Origin: Octopus sinensis
Taxonomy: Eukaryota
Length of the DNA stretch: 64,000 bases
NCBI RefSeq assembly: GCF_006345805.1
Contig: NC_043011.1
Location: 34,422,464-34,486,463, forward strand
Direction: 5' to 3'
Position 1 is the first letter of the stretch; each line of letters starts with the position of its first letter. The notes under the pieces are model-generated. The model was not told where the DNA came from. It saw only the letters and a program-made list of their open reading frames with translations, and did no database searches. Positions 39,896 through 54,168 of this stretch are shown here, one piece after another. A program made the position numbers and the translations under genes.

Positions 39896-42333
39896 TGTCA
39901 GATGTTGTTAAACAAAACTGGTTACAATGCACTTTGCATCATTTTGAACTTTCAAATGATGCGACCCTGCTGGCTAAGATTGGAAGGTTAGTGCGTAGCA
40001 GGTTTACCCATTTGCAACTGAAGTGTGCTGAAGCAATATGAAATGAAGTCTTTTGCTCAGGAACGGAACCCACTGCTCAGTCTGAAAATTAAAGCCACAA
40101 TCTGGTGATTATGAGTGTAACACCTACACCACCAGGCCATGCACCTTCACACATACATACATACATACATACATGCATACATTTGAACTATTGGGTTGGT
40201 GCGTAATTATTGCAGCCTTTTTTTCAACAAATTTTATTTAGTGTGTATACTGAAAAGTTTCTGGCTTTGGGTAAAGGAGGATCAGTTAATTATGGTTTTA
40301 TTCAAAATATTCCTCTTTCAGATTCACATACTTATTGCAGCAGTCCTTCAGTTTTTCTAAGTCCTGTAAAAGAACTCTGAAGGTTGGGCCTCGAACCAGT
40401 CCTTTCATGATACCTTTAAAGCCAGGAACTTTACAGCACTCCCTTTTATATACACATCATCATCATCATCATCATCATCGTTTAACGTCCGTTCTCCATG
40501 CTAGCATGGGTTGGACGGTTCGACCGGGGATCTGGGAAGCCAGAAGGCTGCACCAGGCTCCAGTCTGATCTGGCAGTGTTTCTACAGCTGGATGCCCTTC
40601 CTAATGCCAACCACTCCGTGAGTGTAGTGGGTGCTTTTTACGTGCCACCTGCACAGGTGCCAGGCGAGGCTGACAACAGCCATGATCGGATTGGTGCATT
40701 TTATGTGCCACCGGCACGGAAGCCAGTTAAGGAGGCGCTGGCATTGGCCACGATTCGGATAGTGCTTTTTACGTGCCACCGGCACGGAAGCCAGTCTAGG
40801 CGGCACTGGCATCAGCCACATATGTATATATATTGGAAAATGTGTGAAATCCTTGGTACGGTTGGGTATATTTGAAAAAGGAAAAGGATGACTTCACTGG
40901 TAGTTCTAATTAATTTAATTTTCTAATATTATAATATAAGTTAATTTTACAGTTTGGTTTGTAGATCTACACACACACACACACACACATACACACACAC
41001 ACATACACACACTTGCACACACTCATATGCACACACATATATGTATATGGAGGCGCAATGGCCCAGTGGTTAGGGCAGCGGACTCGCGGTCATAGGATCG
41101 TGGTTTCGATTCCCAGACCGGGCGTTGTGAGTGTTTATTGAGCGAAAACACCTAAAAGTTCCACGAGGCTCCGGCAGGGGATGGTGGCGATCCCTGCTGT
41201 ACTCTTTCATCACAACTTTCTCTCACTCTTACTTCCTGTTTCTGTTGTATCTGTATTTCAAAGGGCCGGCCTTGTCACTCTCTGTGTCACGCTGAATATC
41301 CCCAGAACTACGTTAGGGGTACACGTGTCTGTGGAGTGCTCAGCCACTTACACGTTAATTTCACGAGCAGGCTGTTCCGTTGATTCGGATCAACCGGAAC
41401 CCTCGTCGTCGTAACCGACGGAGTGCTTCCATATGTATATATATATATATTGGGTTGTCCAGAAAGTTTGTGCCAATTTATAGTAGCTTACCTTTCAACT
41501 TATTTTAGAACATGGTTGAGTCCATAAAATAGGATTTGACTACACCTCCATTTAGAGCACAGTTTAAGCTATCTTTTCGTGGAAGAAGGTTTATGCTCCT
41601 ATAACCAGTGTTAATTCTGTAACCCTTTAAAATGGAAGATAAGGAAGTTCATTTTTGGCACTTGATGCTTTGGAAACCAGTCAAAAATTGCTGCAGCTCA
41701 GCTGGGATGTGTTACCCCACCCTCCATATTCACCAGATATTGGTCCTTCGGATTCTAACTTATTCAGGTCTCTGCAGAATAGTCTCAATGGTAAAAATTT
41801 CAATTCCTTGGATGATGTAAAAAGATACTTTGATGAATTCTTTGCCATGAAACCACCTCAATTCTGGGAAGAGGGTATTTTCAAGTTAAGGGAAAGATGG
41901 AGACGCATTGTGCAATAAAATGGTTCATATTTGGTTGACTAAAAATGTAATGGCAAGTATTTATTGACCTTTTTCTTTCCTTTAAAAATCGGCACAAACT
42001 TTCCGGACAACCCAATGTATATGTGGGTGTATATTTTGCTTATGTATGTTTGCATATGTATTTATCAAGATCATTTTCTGTCATTGTAGGTATTCCAGAG
42101 TGGCCGAACCAAATACACCAGGTGTGACATAGAAGACAATCTAATAAAGAAGAAATGCAACAGCATCATTAATCCAGACAATGATTTGCAATTTATCAAG
42201 GTATAACTTTATTGCTTTTGGTGATTGATAGTAATTTGGGATTTTATTACAGATGGTTTACTCTTGTCATTTGATCACTTGAAAAGAGAACAATGATGAC
42301 AATCCCACCACCATAAGTATCACCACCTCCTTC

Positions 42334-42365
<32 letters not shown>

Positions 42366-42676
42366 TATCATCTTCTTCTTCTTCTTCTCCTCCTCCTACT
42401 CTCCCCCACCCCTCCCCTCCCCCGCCTCATTCAGGGACCTTTTGAGCGGGATGGGTTACACGACCAGAAGAAAATCCTAACTGAGCCCCACCTGCAAAGT
42501 CATGCGCTGTTTATCTTGATATGAGATCACCATATCGCGCACATATGGTTGTGATGCATGTGCTTGGTTGGTGTACCCTTATCAAACAGGTAGTCATGAT
42601 GGGTATACTGGGCTTCGGATATTTTACCCCAGTGTCACTTTGATGGCATGCACAGCTCTCTCACTCAATAATAATA

Positions 42677-42728
<52 letters not shown>

Positions 42729-45701
42729 CCTTTCTACTAAAATAATAATCCTTTCTACTGTAGGCACAAGGCCTGAAGTTTGGTGGGAAGGGATTTGCTG
42801 ATTACATTGACCCCAGTGTTTCACTGGTACTTAATTTAATGACCCGAAAAGGATGAAAAGCAAAGTTGACTTTGGTGGAATCTGAACCCAGAACGTAGCG
42901 ACAGGCAAAATACTGCTAAGCATTACATCCAGCATGCTAACAATTCTGCCAGCTCAGCCCCTCAATAACAACAACAACAACAATAATAATTATTATTATT
43001 ATGATTTCTTTATTAATCACAAAGGTTTTGCATGAAAAAACTGAAAAAAATGCATTGTGATATTAGTTGTGGCTCAACTAATATCAAAGCCCACAACTAA
43101 AGACATGGATGGCACAGAACAAAGCATTGACTCGTGTGTGTGTGTGTGTCTTGTGAGGGTCTGGTATGTAAACAGGTTTAATGTAGAAAAAAAAAAGAAA
43201 ATGAGTCCCATACTTCACTGGTATTTTATGTTATTCATCCCAGAGTATGAAAAGCAAAGTGAACATCAGTGGTATTTGAACTCAGGACTTAAATAACTGG
43301 ATGAAATCCTGCTAAGTATTTTATCCAAGACACTAACAAGTGAACCAAGTCACCATCTTATAGTAATGGTCTCAGGTTTTAGCACAAGGTCAGCAATTTT
43401 GTGGGGAGTTGGGTTAGTAAATAACATAGACCTCAGAACTGGATTGGTACTTTCTTATAGTGACCATGTTAGAATGAAAGGCAAAGATGACCTTGAAGGA
43501 ATTCAAACTCAGAATGTAAACAACCAGAACTAATATCGTTTCTGCTAAAGGCACAAGGCCTGAAATTTGTGGGGAGGGGACTAGTTGATTACATCGACCC
43601 CAGTGTTTCACTGGTACTTAATTTATCAACCCCGAAAGGATGAAAGGCAAAGTCATCTGCGGCAGAATTTGAACTCAGAATGTAAATAAGTACAGAACCA
43701 CAACTAATATCACAATGCATTTTGTTCCATGCTCTTTTGATTCTTACCATTCTCTGTCTGTAGAAAGTGAAGACAATTAGTCTAGTGGTTAGAATGTTGC
43801 TCTCATGATTGCAAGCTCATGGTTTCATTCCCCAGTCTGGCGGTTTGTTGTGTTCTTGAGCGAAATGTTTCATTTCATATTGCTCTAGTCCACTCAGTTT
43901 TAAATGAGTAACACTGTGACTGACCAGTGTCCAGTTGAGATGTGTGCCGGGGGAATATTGTGATCTCAATCACTTATATGCCATAGAAACTGGATAACTG
44001 ACCTTATGAGTTCTAGGGCTTGAAACTAATGTCTAGGGATTGAAGATGACAGTGATGATGCCTATAAAAAGACCTATATTTCATGTGTAATTGAGAACAG
44101 ACAAATCGGATCTTTTCGGTTTGAACGGCAGTTTTTAACATAATTTCTAGGTAACTAAAAAATTTTAAACTTCGTATACTGGTAGAATGTGTTTATAAAA
44201 CACCTTTTTCTCTTGGCTTTATTGAGAAAATTCTATAGTTTGTAAGATATTTGTTGTTTTTTTTCTTCAATTTCTGCAATTTCAACCAATCAATGACGTC
44301 CATTGAGGTAAAAAAAAACATTCTGTGCCGTATGAATATGTCCCTCGTTTAAGAAACAGATTGGGTTTATTTACATTTGTGAAGAAAAAAAGATACCCTT
44401 CCCCCCACCCCTAACCCTAGCCCTAACCCTAACTCTAACTAACCCTAACCCTAAAACAGATTGAAATGCAATAGATCGATACTAGGGTCATAATTATGGG
44501 TGAGAATTTCATATGACACCGCTAGAAAAAACTGCCGTTCAAACCGAAAAGATCCGACAAATCAATAATTAACATGAGCAATTGCAAATTATTATCATTT
44601 TTATTATCATTACTTCGTCCATCGTTGTCAGTAATGACCAAGGGCATCACATGAAAGAAGACAGGAGATCTTGTTTCCAGCTGTGGTGAATCAGTCCGGT
44701 GTGTGCTACGAAGGCTCTGCTGCAGGTTGGGCACTGGTTGGTCTGTTGTCTGTCGGTCTCAAAGTAATATCTGTGTTAATGATGTGCGACTGCAACCTAA
44801 CCTGCATTATGCATCGTTGCTCTCTTAATACACAGCCTTATATATGCATTTGTTTGAAAGCAAATCTAAATGGGATTTTTGAGGGCATATATGTTCCAAA
44901 AGTTGACAAAATTGAAGCTTATTAGTAAATGAATGAAGGTGCTATATTTATGTTTTTGGGTGTGTGTTTGAGAGACAATGTGAGAAAATTGTTAAATATG
45001 TCGTAATGAAGGTGACTGGGTGTAAGTTTCACTTTTTTCTTTGTTTTTTTTTTGTGTGTGTGTGTGTGTGTGTGTGACTGAGAACAAACCTGCATTTCAA
45101 GTCTTAGCACTCTTATTTCTCTCTTTCTCTCTCACTCCCTCTCTCTCCCATAGTCATGATGGGTATACTGGGCTTCATATATTTTACCCCAGTGTCACTT
45201 TGATGGCATGCACTGCTCTCTCACTCAATAATAATAATAATAATAATTAATAAATAATAATAATAACAATAATAATAATAATAATAATAATAATGTATGT
45301 AATACAGTATTTATAATGAGTTATGTTGTCCATGAAATGTAAGGAATTTGAACCCCAACAGATAATAGTTCATGAAATTATTCTCCCTACTAGGCAGATA
45401 ATATAAACATCAATTTGGAAACAGGGATGGGCAGAAAATTGGTGTAATAAAACCCTCAAAAAAAGTATTTAATGATGTGGTATGTCCCAATAACCTAGAA
45501 TTTTCTGAGGTGTGATACAAAGTTACATGCCATTAATACACACACCTCAATGCCTGATTAATGATTGCAAAGCAGAAATCATGAACAAGAGGTACAGGCA
45601 TCTATTGTAAGACATACATAAACACTTTGATGTATACACAATCATGTATGCATATTTGTATGTGTGTGTGTATAAATACATATATATATATATAATATAT
45701 A

Positions 45702-45750
<49 letters not shown>

Positions 45751-48633
45751 CAGACAGACACACATTTACATTCATTCATATATGTATGTGTGGATGTTTA
45801 TATACATACATACATACATACATATATATATACATACATACATACATACGTACATATATATATAACAATAATAATGATATAGGCGCAGGAGTGGCTGGTG
45901 TGGTAAGTAGCTTGCTAACCAACCACATGGTTCCAGGTTCAGTCCCACTGTGTTCTGCTATAGCCCCGGGCCGACCAATGCCTTGTAAGTGGATTTTGTA
46001 GACGGAAACTGAAAGAAGCCTGTCGTATATATGTATATATATGAATGTGTGTGTGTTTGTGTGTCTGTGTTTGTCCCCCTAGCATTGCTTGACAACCAAT
46101 GCTAGTGTGTTTACGTCCCCGTCACTTAGCGGTTCGGTAAAAAGAGACTCATAGAATAAGTACTGGGCTTAGAAAGTCCCGGGGTTGATTAGCTCGACTA
46201 AAGGTGGTGCTCAAGCATGGCCTCAGTCAAATGACTGAAACAAGTAAAAGAAATATAGGATAAGATTAATTAATTAATTGATCAATTAATTAATTGATTA
46301 ATAATTAATGATTTTACCAAGTAGTCAGTACGTTAAAATAACCTTTTTAGGTGAATTATACAAAGTATTCTATAATTATATACATAATTATAATCAAGGG
46401 TCAGCTAACTGCTTTGGCATGTACCGAAATTAGAAATAGACCCTAATGTCATTTCAACTACCATAAGCATCTCTGAGACAATAACACACTTTTTCTATGT
46501 AGATATATGGGTAGTTGAAATGACATTACTGTCTATTTCTCATTTCGGTATGTGGTGAAGCAATTAGCTGACCCCTGATTATAATTACGTACATAATTAT
46601 AGAATATTTTGTGTATATCTCTCTCTCTCTCTCTTTCTCTTTCTCTTTTACTTGTTTCAGTCATTTGACTATGGCCATGCAGGAGCACCGCCTTTAGTCG
46701 AGCATATCGACCCTAGGACTTATTCTTTGGAAGCCTAGTACTTATTCTATTGGTTTCTTTTGCCGAACCGCTATGTTATGGGCACGTAAACACACCAGCA
46801 TCGGTTGTCAAGCGATGTTGGGGGTGACAAACACAGACACACAAACATATACACACATACATATATACATATATATATACATATACACACACATACATAT
46901 ATACATATATATATACATATACACACACATACATATATACATATATATATACATATACACACACATACATATATACATATATATCTACATGGTTTCGGGT
47001 TCAGTCCCACTGCGTGGCACTTCGGGTAGGTGTCTTCCACTATAGCCCCGAGCCGACCGGAGCTTTGTGATTGAATTCGGTAGGTGGAAGTTACTGCCGT
47101 GTGTGTATGTGTGCGTATAGCTGCTCAGTGCCTCTCCGAAAGAGAGAGAGGGATACATATATATATATCTACTAGCAGTATCGCCCGGCGTTGCTCGGAT
47201 TTGTAAGGGAAATAACTATAAAGCATTTTTAGAGAGTTATAGCCAAAAAATAGCAAAAAAATGGAAAAAAAATTATGGTAAATTTTTTTGAGAGTTAAAA
47301 AGGTCGAGTTGCGTCCCCATGACAGTCTGTGGTTTGTGTTTCTGATTCTCGACCCCATGTCGAATTTATCGATTTTTTTCAGAACTGGGGGAACTTTTCA
47401 AAATTTTTGCTGCGTTAGTTTTGAATTATGACATTGGGCTATGTGTGTGTCAAGTTTCATCAGAATCGGTTGAAAGCCGTGGTCAGGGTGAGGGTACAAC
47501 CTAACAGACACACAGACACGCACACAGACAAACTGCCGTTTATATAGAGAGAGATATATATATACATATACATATATACGGCGGGCTTCTTTCAGTTTCT
47601 GTCTACCAAATCCACTCACAAGACTTTGGTTGGCCTGAGCTCGTTTACTCTTTTACACTTGTTTCAGTCATTTGACTGTGGCTATGCTGGAGCACCGCCT
47701 ATAGTCGAGCTAATTGACCCCAGGACTTATTCTTTGGAAGCCTAGTACTTATTTTACTTGGCGTAGAATTTTTTTTTCTTTTGCTCTTGTTTATAAATTG
47801 TTTATAATTTTCACCTTAAAAGGTATTTTAATATGCTGCCTCTTTGATGAAATGTTTTTGGGGAAAAATTTTATCCTATATTAGAAGTAAATTTATGTAT
47901 GTATGTGTGTATGTATGTATGTATGTATGTATGTATGTATGTATGTATGTATGTATGAATGTATGTATGTATGCATGCATGTAAGTAATGTATATAAATG
48001 TAGCAAGTTAGACAGATCAATATACAAAGTTTTACCTTATTATGTTTGAAATACAAACATTAACAGCTCCAATGTAAGATCTCTTCACTGAAGATGGAAG
48101 CTCATCAAATCTTATGATATATATATATATATTATATATATATATATATATGAAAGAAGGTTTGAAAATGCAATTTGAAAGATGTTTATTCACTTGATCA
48201 GTTTCACTTTTTTAGAAAAAGATTGTATAAGCTTTGTTGTGTTAAGTACTGGTTGTCAGAAAAGTATTAAAATACATATATACATTCTTTGATAATAATA
48301 ATAAAATGTTACAATCAGTTTACAAGGAAATATCTGAGAAAATATTAAACAAAAAGTATTAGGAGTTCAGTAAAAATCATGTTTGTTTGGAAGTATCTAT
48401 ATACATACTCAGGAAAAGTATTAGGAGTTCAATAAAAATCATGTTTGTTTGGTAGTATATACATATATATACACAGAAGGAGATATATTTAGGAGTTTAC
48501 AAAGAATTTGAGATGAACCAATCTGTTTTAGCATTTTTTATTTTGTGTGAAGCTAAGGGTTGTTTGCTATTTTAAGGGACAGTGTGGGAAGTTGGTTGGG
48601 GTGGGGAAGGAAGAGAAATGTGGAATTGAAAGG

Positions 48634-48699
<66 letters not shown>

Positions 48700-49746
48700 T
48701 GTGCATATGTTGTATAGTTTTTGTATCTGGTTTGCAAGATTCTTTATGTGAATCTGTGTTGAAACAAATTTTGTTGTGCCTAGGGAGAGTCATTATGCCA
48801 ATATTATTAACACACTCACTGGTTCAATTATACTCCTTCATTATTAGTCAATTGGTTAAATATCCAACTAACTAACTGATTGTTTAATTTGTTTTGTCTT
48901 TGTTGAAGTCCTTTAGTTGTTACTTTCCACTGACCATTGACTTAGTCTGTTATAGAGGCTGCGTTTGTTTGAGATCTTGTTGTATGCATGTGTGTACATG
49001 CCTGTGTGTGTGTGTGCTTGTGTATGTATGTATTCTGCATATTCATGTTTGATATGAATATCTGGCTTTAGCGAAGCTGCCTCAACATATTCCATCAGAC
49101 TTATGTGGGCTTGGAAAAATAAATGTTAAAACGATGATGAAATGATGGTGAAAATGATGGTGAGGATTTATGTTGTAAAGAGAAATATATTTTAATCTTT
49201 AATTGATAAATCACCTACTTTTAATTACCGAACACTAATTATTAATTTCTAATTAATAAACATTGTTAACAACTATTTCAGAATGAAAACCTACGAGATG
49301 AAATAGGAAATAAAACCGGTATTCATATCCAACCCCAGGTGATCAACTTAAAGTTAAGACCCAGTAAGTATTTGCTAATATATATATATATATATAAAAT
49401 TATTTAACAATTAAGGACAACTTCTTAATAAGGAATCTTAACAAGAAATTATCAGGTAGATAGCGTGAAAAACCTCATAAGAGAAAAAATTTTGAAAATA
49501 ATTCTTTCTTATTGAACATATTAATTTATATATAGAGGGCATTATTATACATACATGCCACACGCTACAAGGGACAATTAGTCATTTCTACCAAAAATTT
49601 TACTTATCATACCCAATGCAATTTTTTCAAAGCAAGACATTTAAAAAATGAATTTAATCTTGTATCACCTATGATAAGTAAAATTTTTGGTAGAAATGAC
49701 TAATTGTCCCTCGTAGCATGTGGCATGTATGTATAATAATGCCCTC

Positions 49747-49782
<36 letters not shown>

Positions 49783-52700
49783 CAACAAAATCTCCTTAAT
49801 CTAGGAACTTTTATATAATTTATTACTCTAGCCATAATAAGAAATACAAGGGACAATCACACTTGTATTGATTTATGTATAGTATAAACAACGAAATTAG
49901 CATAAACCAAAACACCATAATGCTAAGAACCCAGTAACAAGTTCAACCCTGTATGAATGAAGGGCAATTTAGAACAATGAGGCCATGAGATATAAATGAT
50001 TCACAGAAAACAAGTATATCAAACATATATTGTCATCATCAGCTGCCTAACAAATATCATTATGTTTTTGATATATTTGTATATTTTGGGCTTCTTTTTG
50101 TTCCCATTTTCGGAATTCACTAAGAAGACTTGTTTTGCCCACAGCTATTGTGTAATTATGTGTGTATGTGGGTGCACATGTATGTATGTGCGTATGTGCT
50201 TGTACATGAGTATGTAATCATCTTTTACCATGTCTATTTCTATCAAGAGAAAGAGAGAGAGAGAGGAAGTAAGAGAGGATTTTTATTCCAATACTCAAAG
50301 AAAGATGAAAAACAAAAAAATCTGATCTAGCCAGATTTGAACTCCAAACATAAAGAATCAGAACCATTACTGCCTGTCATTTATGTGACATTCTAACTTA
50401 TACCAATGAACTTATTGATACTTAATCAACCACTGGAAAAAAAGAAGAAAAAAAAATCATGTCAAAGGTCAAAATAAAAAGAAACAAGTCCATGACAAGA
50501 TTTAAATCGCTTACTATATTTGATGACATAAAAGACACATGGCAATATTAGATGCATTCCAATTTTAGCAGCACATATATAAACAGCAAAATGTCTGTGT
50601 GTGTGTCCTTTATACAAATCCACAATTTTTCAGTTAGAGGGCTCACACTTTTTATGGTCATTCTAAATCGTCCAAGTGTGGTCATGCACATTTTTACATT
50701 CCCCCAGTCACCAAAAAAAGCCATTAAAAAATCAATAGAAGTGACTTTTTTGTGAATTTTCTATCCAAAACCCAATCAAAATGCCCGCAACTTGATACGC
50801 CAATTGAAAGCTTGCTAGCTGTATGTGATTGGTCGGAGATTTGGACAGTACTCATGTGTATGTGCGCATGCACACAGCTGTATATGCATGCACTAGCACT
50901 ATAAAAGAGTTTTTAATGCATTAAAGCAAGTAATATAGGTCTAACTTCACATATGGGACTTGGGGTTAATTTTTTGAGACATTATTTTTGGGGAAAAAGT
51001 ACAGTTTACATTAATGGAAACCCTAGGAGATTTTTCCCTTTTGTTGTTCTTTTCCTGCCTTGCAAGATACTTGATAACCTCTCTAGTGCCACTGTCATGA
51101 GAAAAAAAAAATCACACAGTACACAGTAGAGTTGTTGGTATTAGGGATGATATCCAGTTGTAGAAACCATGCCAAAGCTGACATTGGAGCACGATGCAGC
51201 TCACCAGATAACATCAAACCATCCAACTAATGCCAACATAGAAAATGGGACATTAAACGATGATAATGATGAACTTATAAACTCTTGCTGCTTTTTTTAC
51301 TGTCAGTATTTAAATTCTTGCCTGGGTTTTTGTCTACTTTCAGGAAAGCCTCACAGAATAGAGCTGGCCTATCGGGAAGCTAAAGACAGTGCTGTTGACC
51401 TGTATGTCCTTATGGATCTCTCTGCTTCAATGAAACGTAGTAAGGAGACGTTGTCAAAACTTGGACAAACACTTGGTAAGACCCATCCATCAATTCATCC
51501 ATATTTTTCACTCACAATTCCTGGGAGGGTCATGGGGGTAAAATCCTCAGGCATGTCCTCCATAGGGTCCTATCAGAAGCTAATTTCATTTGACTTCCTG
51601 GTTGGATTCCTAAGTACGACCAACTGAGACAATGGTCATTACCAAACCTTCCCATTTTTGGTCTACCCATGGGTTTCCTGTTGTTCGGTTTGGCTTGAAG
51701 AAGAATCCATCTTGAAATTCTTTCCTTCAGCATTCTAATTACATGTCTTTAGTACCAGGGCTTTGACCTCTCAGTGTGGAAAAAATCCACAGCTTAAGCT
51801 AAGGGGCCTCCCTGATCTCTGAGCTACACAGCCTGTTGAGTTACATTACTCCAGAGATCTTTCAAAGGAACCTTATTTTGGCTGAATGTATTTGCAATCG
51901 TACTCTTTTGCTCATTTCCCAAAATTTCATGATCATTGGTGAGAATAGGCACAATGATTGCTTTATTTTTTGTTGTCAATGTTATTTTTATTGCTTTACA
52001 TTTTATGTGACGTTAGGAAGGGCATCCAGCTGTAGAGACTCGTAGAGCTTGTGACAGTCCTCTGGATCACAAGTTCCTGTTGAACTCTTCAACTCTTGTC
52101 AGCATGGAAGACAGATATTAAATGACAGGAATGAGGATGATGATGTTGCTATGATTGTAAGATATTTGGGGGACAGATAAACAATTATTTCTAATTTAGA
52201 CACAAGGACAGAAATTTTGAAAGGGAGTGAGGTTAGTGGATGCCATCAACTTGTGCTTTATTTCAGCGACCTTGGTAGAATGATGGGCAAAGCTGGCCTC
52301 AGCTTGGTTTCCTAAACAATTAGAAATACTACAAGGCATTTTATTCAATTCTCTGACAATTCTTCCACTCAGTCATTCTATAGACAGATAAATAATAACT
52401 AACTTGGAAGCAAGAAAGATACAGACCAGTAGTATTAGTTGTGGTGGTGGTGGTGGTGGCAATGATGGGTGTGAGCAAAGGTATGGGCCATGTTTAAGAA
52501 GCTTACTTTTGAAGTATGGCCACATTTGCATACCACTGTGGGATTAGATCTAATAGTTTTGGGTTCAATTCCATGATGTGTCACCTTGATTAAGTGTCTT
52601 CTATTATATGACCCCAAGTCTATCATAGCCATGAGTCAACCATAACATCAGAAGGTCCAATCAGTTTTCAGTTGACCATGGTATCAGGTTAAACATAGTC

Positions 52701-54107
52701 TTGGGTTGGTACAAATATAGACAAACTGACTGACAGACAGAGAGACAGATTGACTGACTGACACAAATGTACTCAGACATGCTATGTATATGTATGTATG
52801 TTCCATCTACTTCTCTACAGCTAAAGAAATGAAGAAGATTACCAAAAAATTCTTGCTTGGATTTGGATCCTACGTTGAGAAAGAAATACCGCCATTTGTT
52901 TTCACTGATAGCAACATAACAATGTAAGTACAAGGAACACACACACACTCACACACACACACACACACAAACATATCATGAGGTATCATAGCATCAGTCA
53001 ATGTCGGATGCTGTTATACATCGCTGGTCACAATCTGCTTTGCATTGTTGTAACTTTCGAATGATACCACCCCACTTGCTAAGATAGGCAGGGCAATATT
53101 TCCCCTGAATGGAATGCTAGTCTGTTGCAGGGTCACCCATTTACAGCTGAGTGGACTGGAGCAACATAAAATAAAGTGTTTTGCTCAATAATACAATGTA
53201 CCACCCAGTCTGGAAATTGAAATAATGATCTTGCATTCATCAGTGCAACAGCTTAACGTGGGGTGTGGGTGTCTACATGTAAGTTAGTGGCTCTAGTTCA
53301 CTGAAGCTACTGGATTTATTGTGTGTATAAAAATATCGACTACTTCTTTCTCTGGGATTAGTCAAGTGATGTATATTTCCAGTGAGAACTCAATAATGCT
53401 TAAAAATCAAGACTGTTCATCATTTTTTCAGTCTATAGAAAAATAGTTACATTATCCAGGTTACACACATATAAATGCACAAAGACACACAAACACAAGA
53501 TTTAAAAATGTGTACTACTATAACTTTCATGCTTTGATGAACAGTAATCAGACAGGCTTGTATAGCATGTCATGTCCCATCCAAGCATGAAACTTAAGAG
53601 GAGCTCACATTTAAATCTTGTTTTTTTTTTATTAAATGATACTTATCTCTCACTGGATAGAGTCCTTTTTTTTTTATTGATCCTAAACCGTGCTCTCTCT
53701 CTCACATAAATATAAATAAATAATATATACAACAGAAAAATATGAGTCAGAGGTTGTGCAACCATCTTAGGGATAGATGTATCCTTAGGTACTCCTGGTG
53801 TATTGCCTCACTATGTATAGTCCTAGCTATAAGGTATACAGTAGTTGGTAATTTAAAGGTAAATCTATGGTTTAATATATATTGAAAAGAAAAGAAATGG
53901 AGCAGTAATTAACAATGGGAAGTTGATCATTGGTATTAAAAAGTCATAGTTTAATTGTAGTTCAGAACCATTTACAGCTGTTTCTGTTTAATCAAATCGA
54001 AGTAAATTTGCATTTATCTCGTTCCATTTAACAAACATCAAAATGGTTTAGAAGATTATAATTAGGAGAAAAAGGGAAATGAAAAGAAAAGGAAAAGGCA
54101 TATATAT

Positions 54108-54168
<61 letters not shown>

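Noticed and set aside
51169-51627. 152 aa ORF as a standalone gene
   Set aside because: Only 51344-51475 is integrin-like and it is bounded by splice sites; the rest is intronic read-through.
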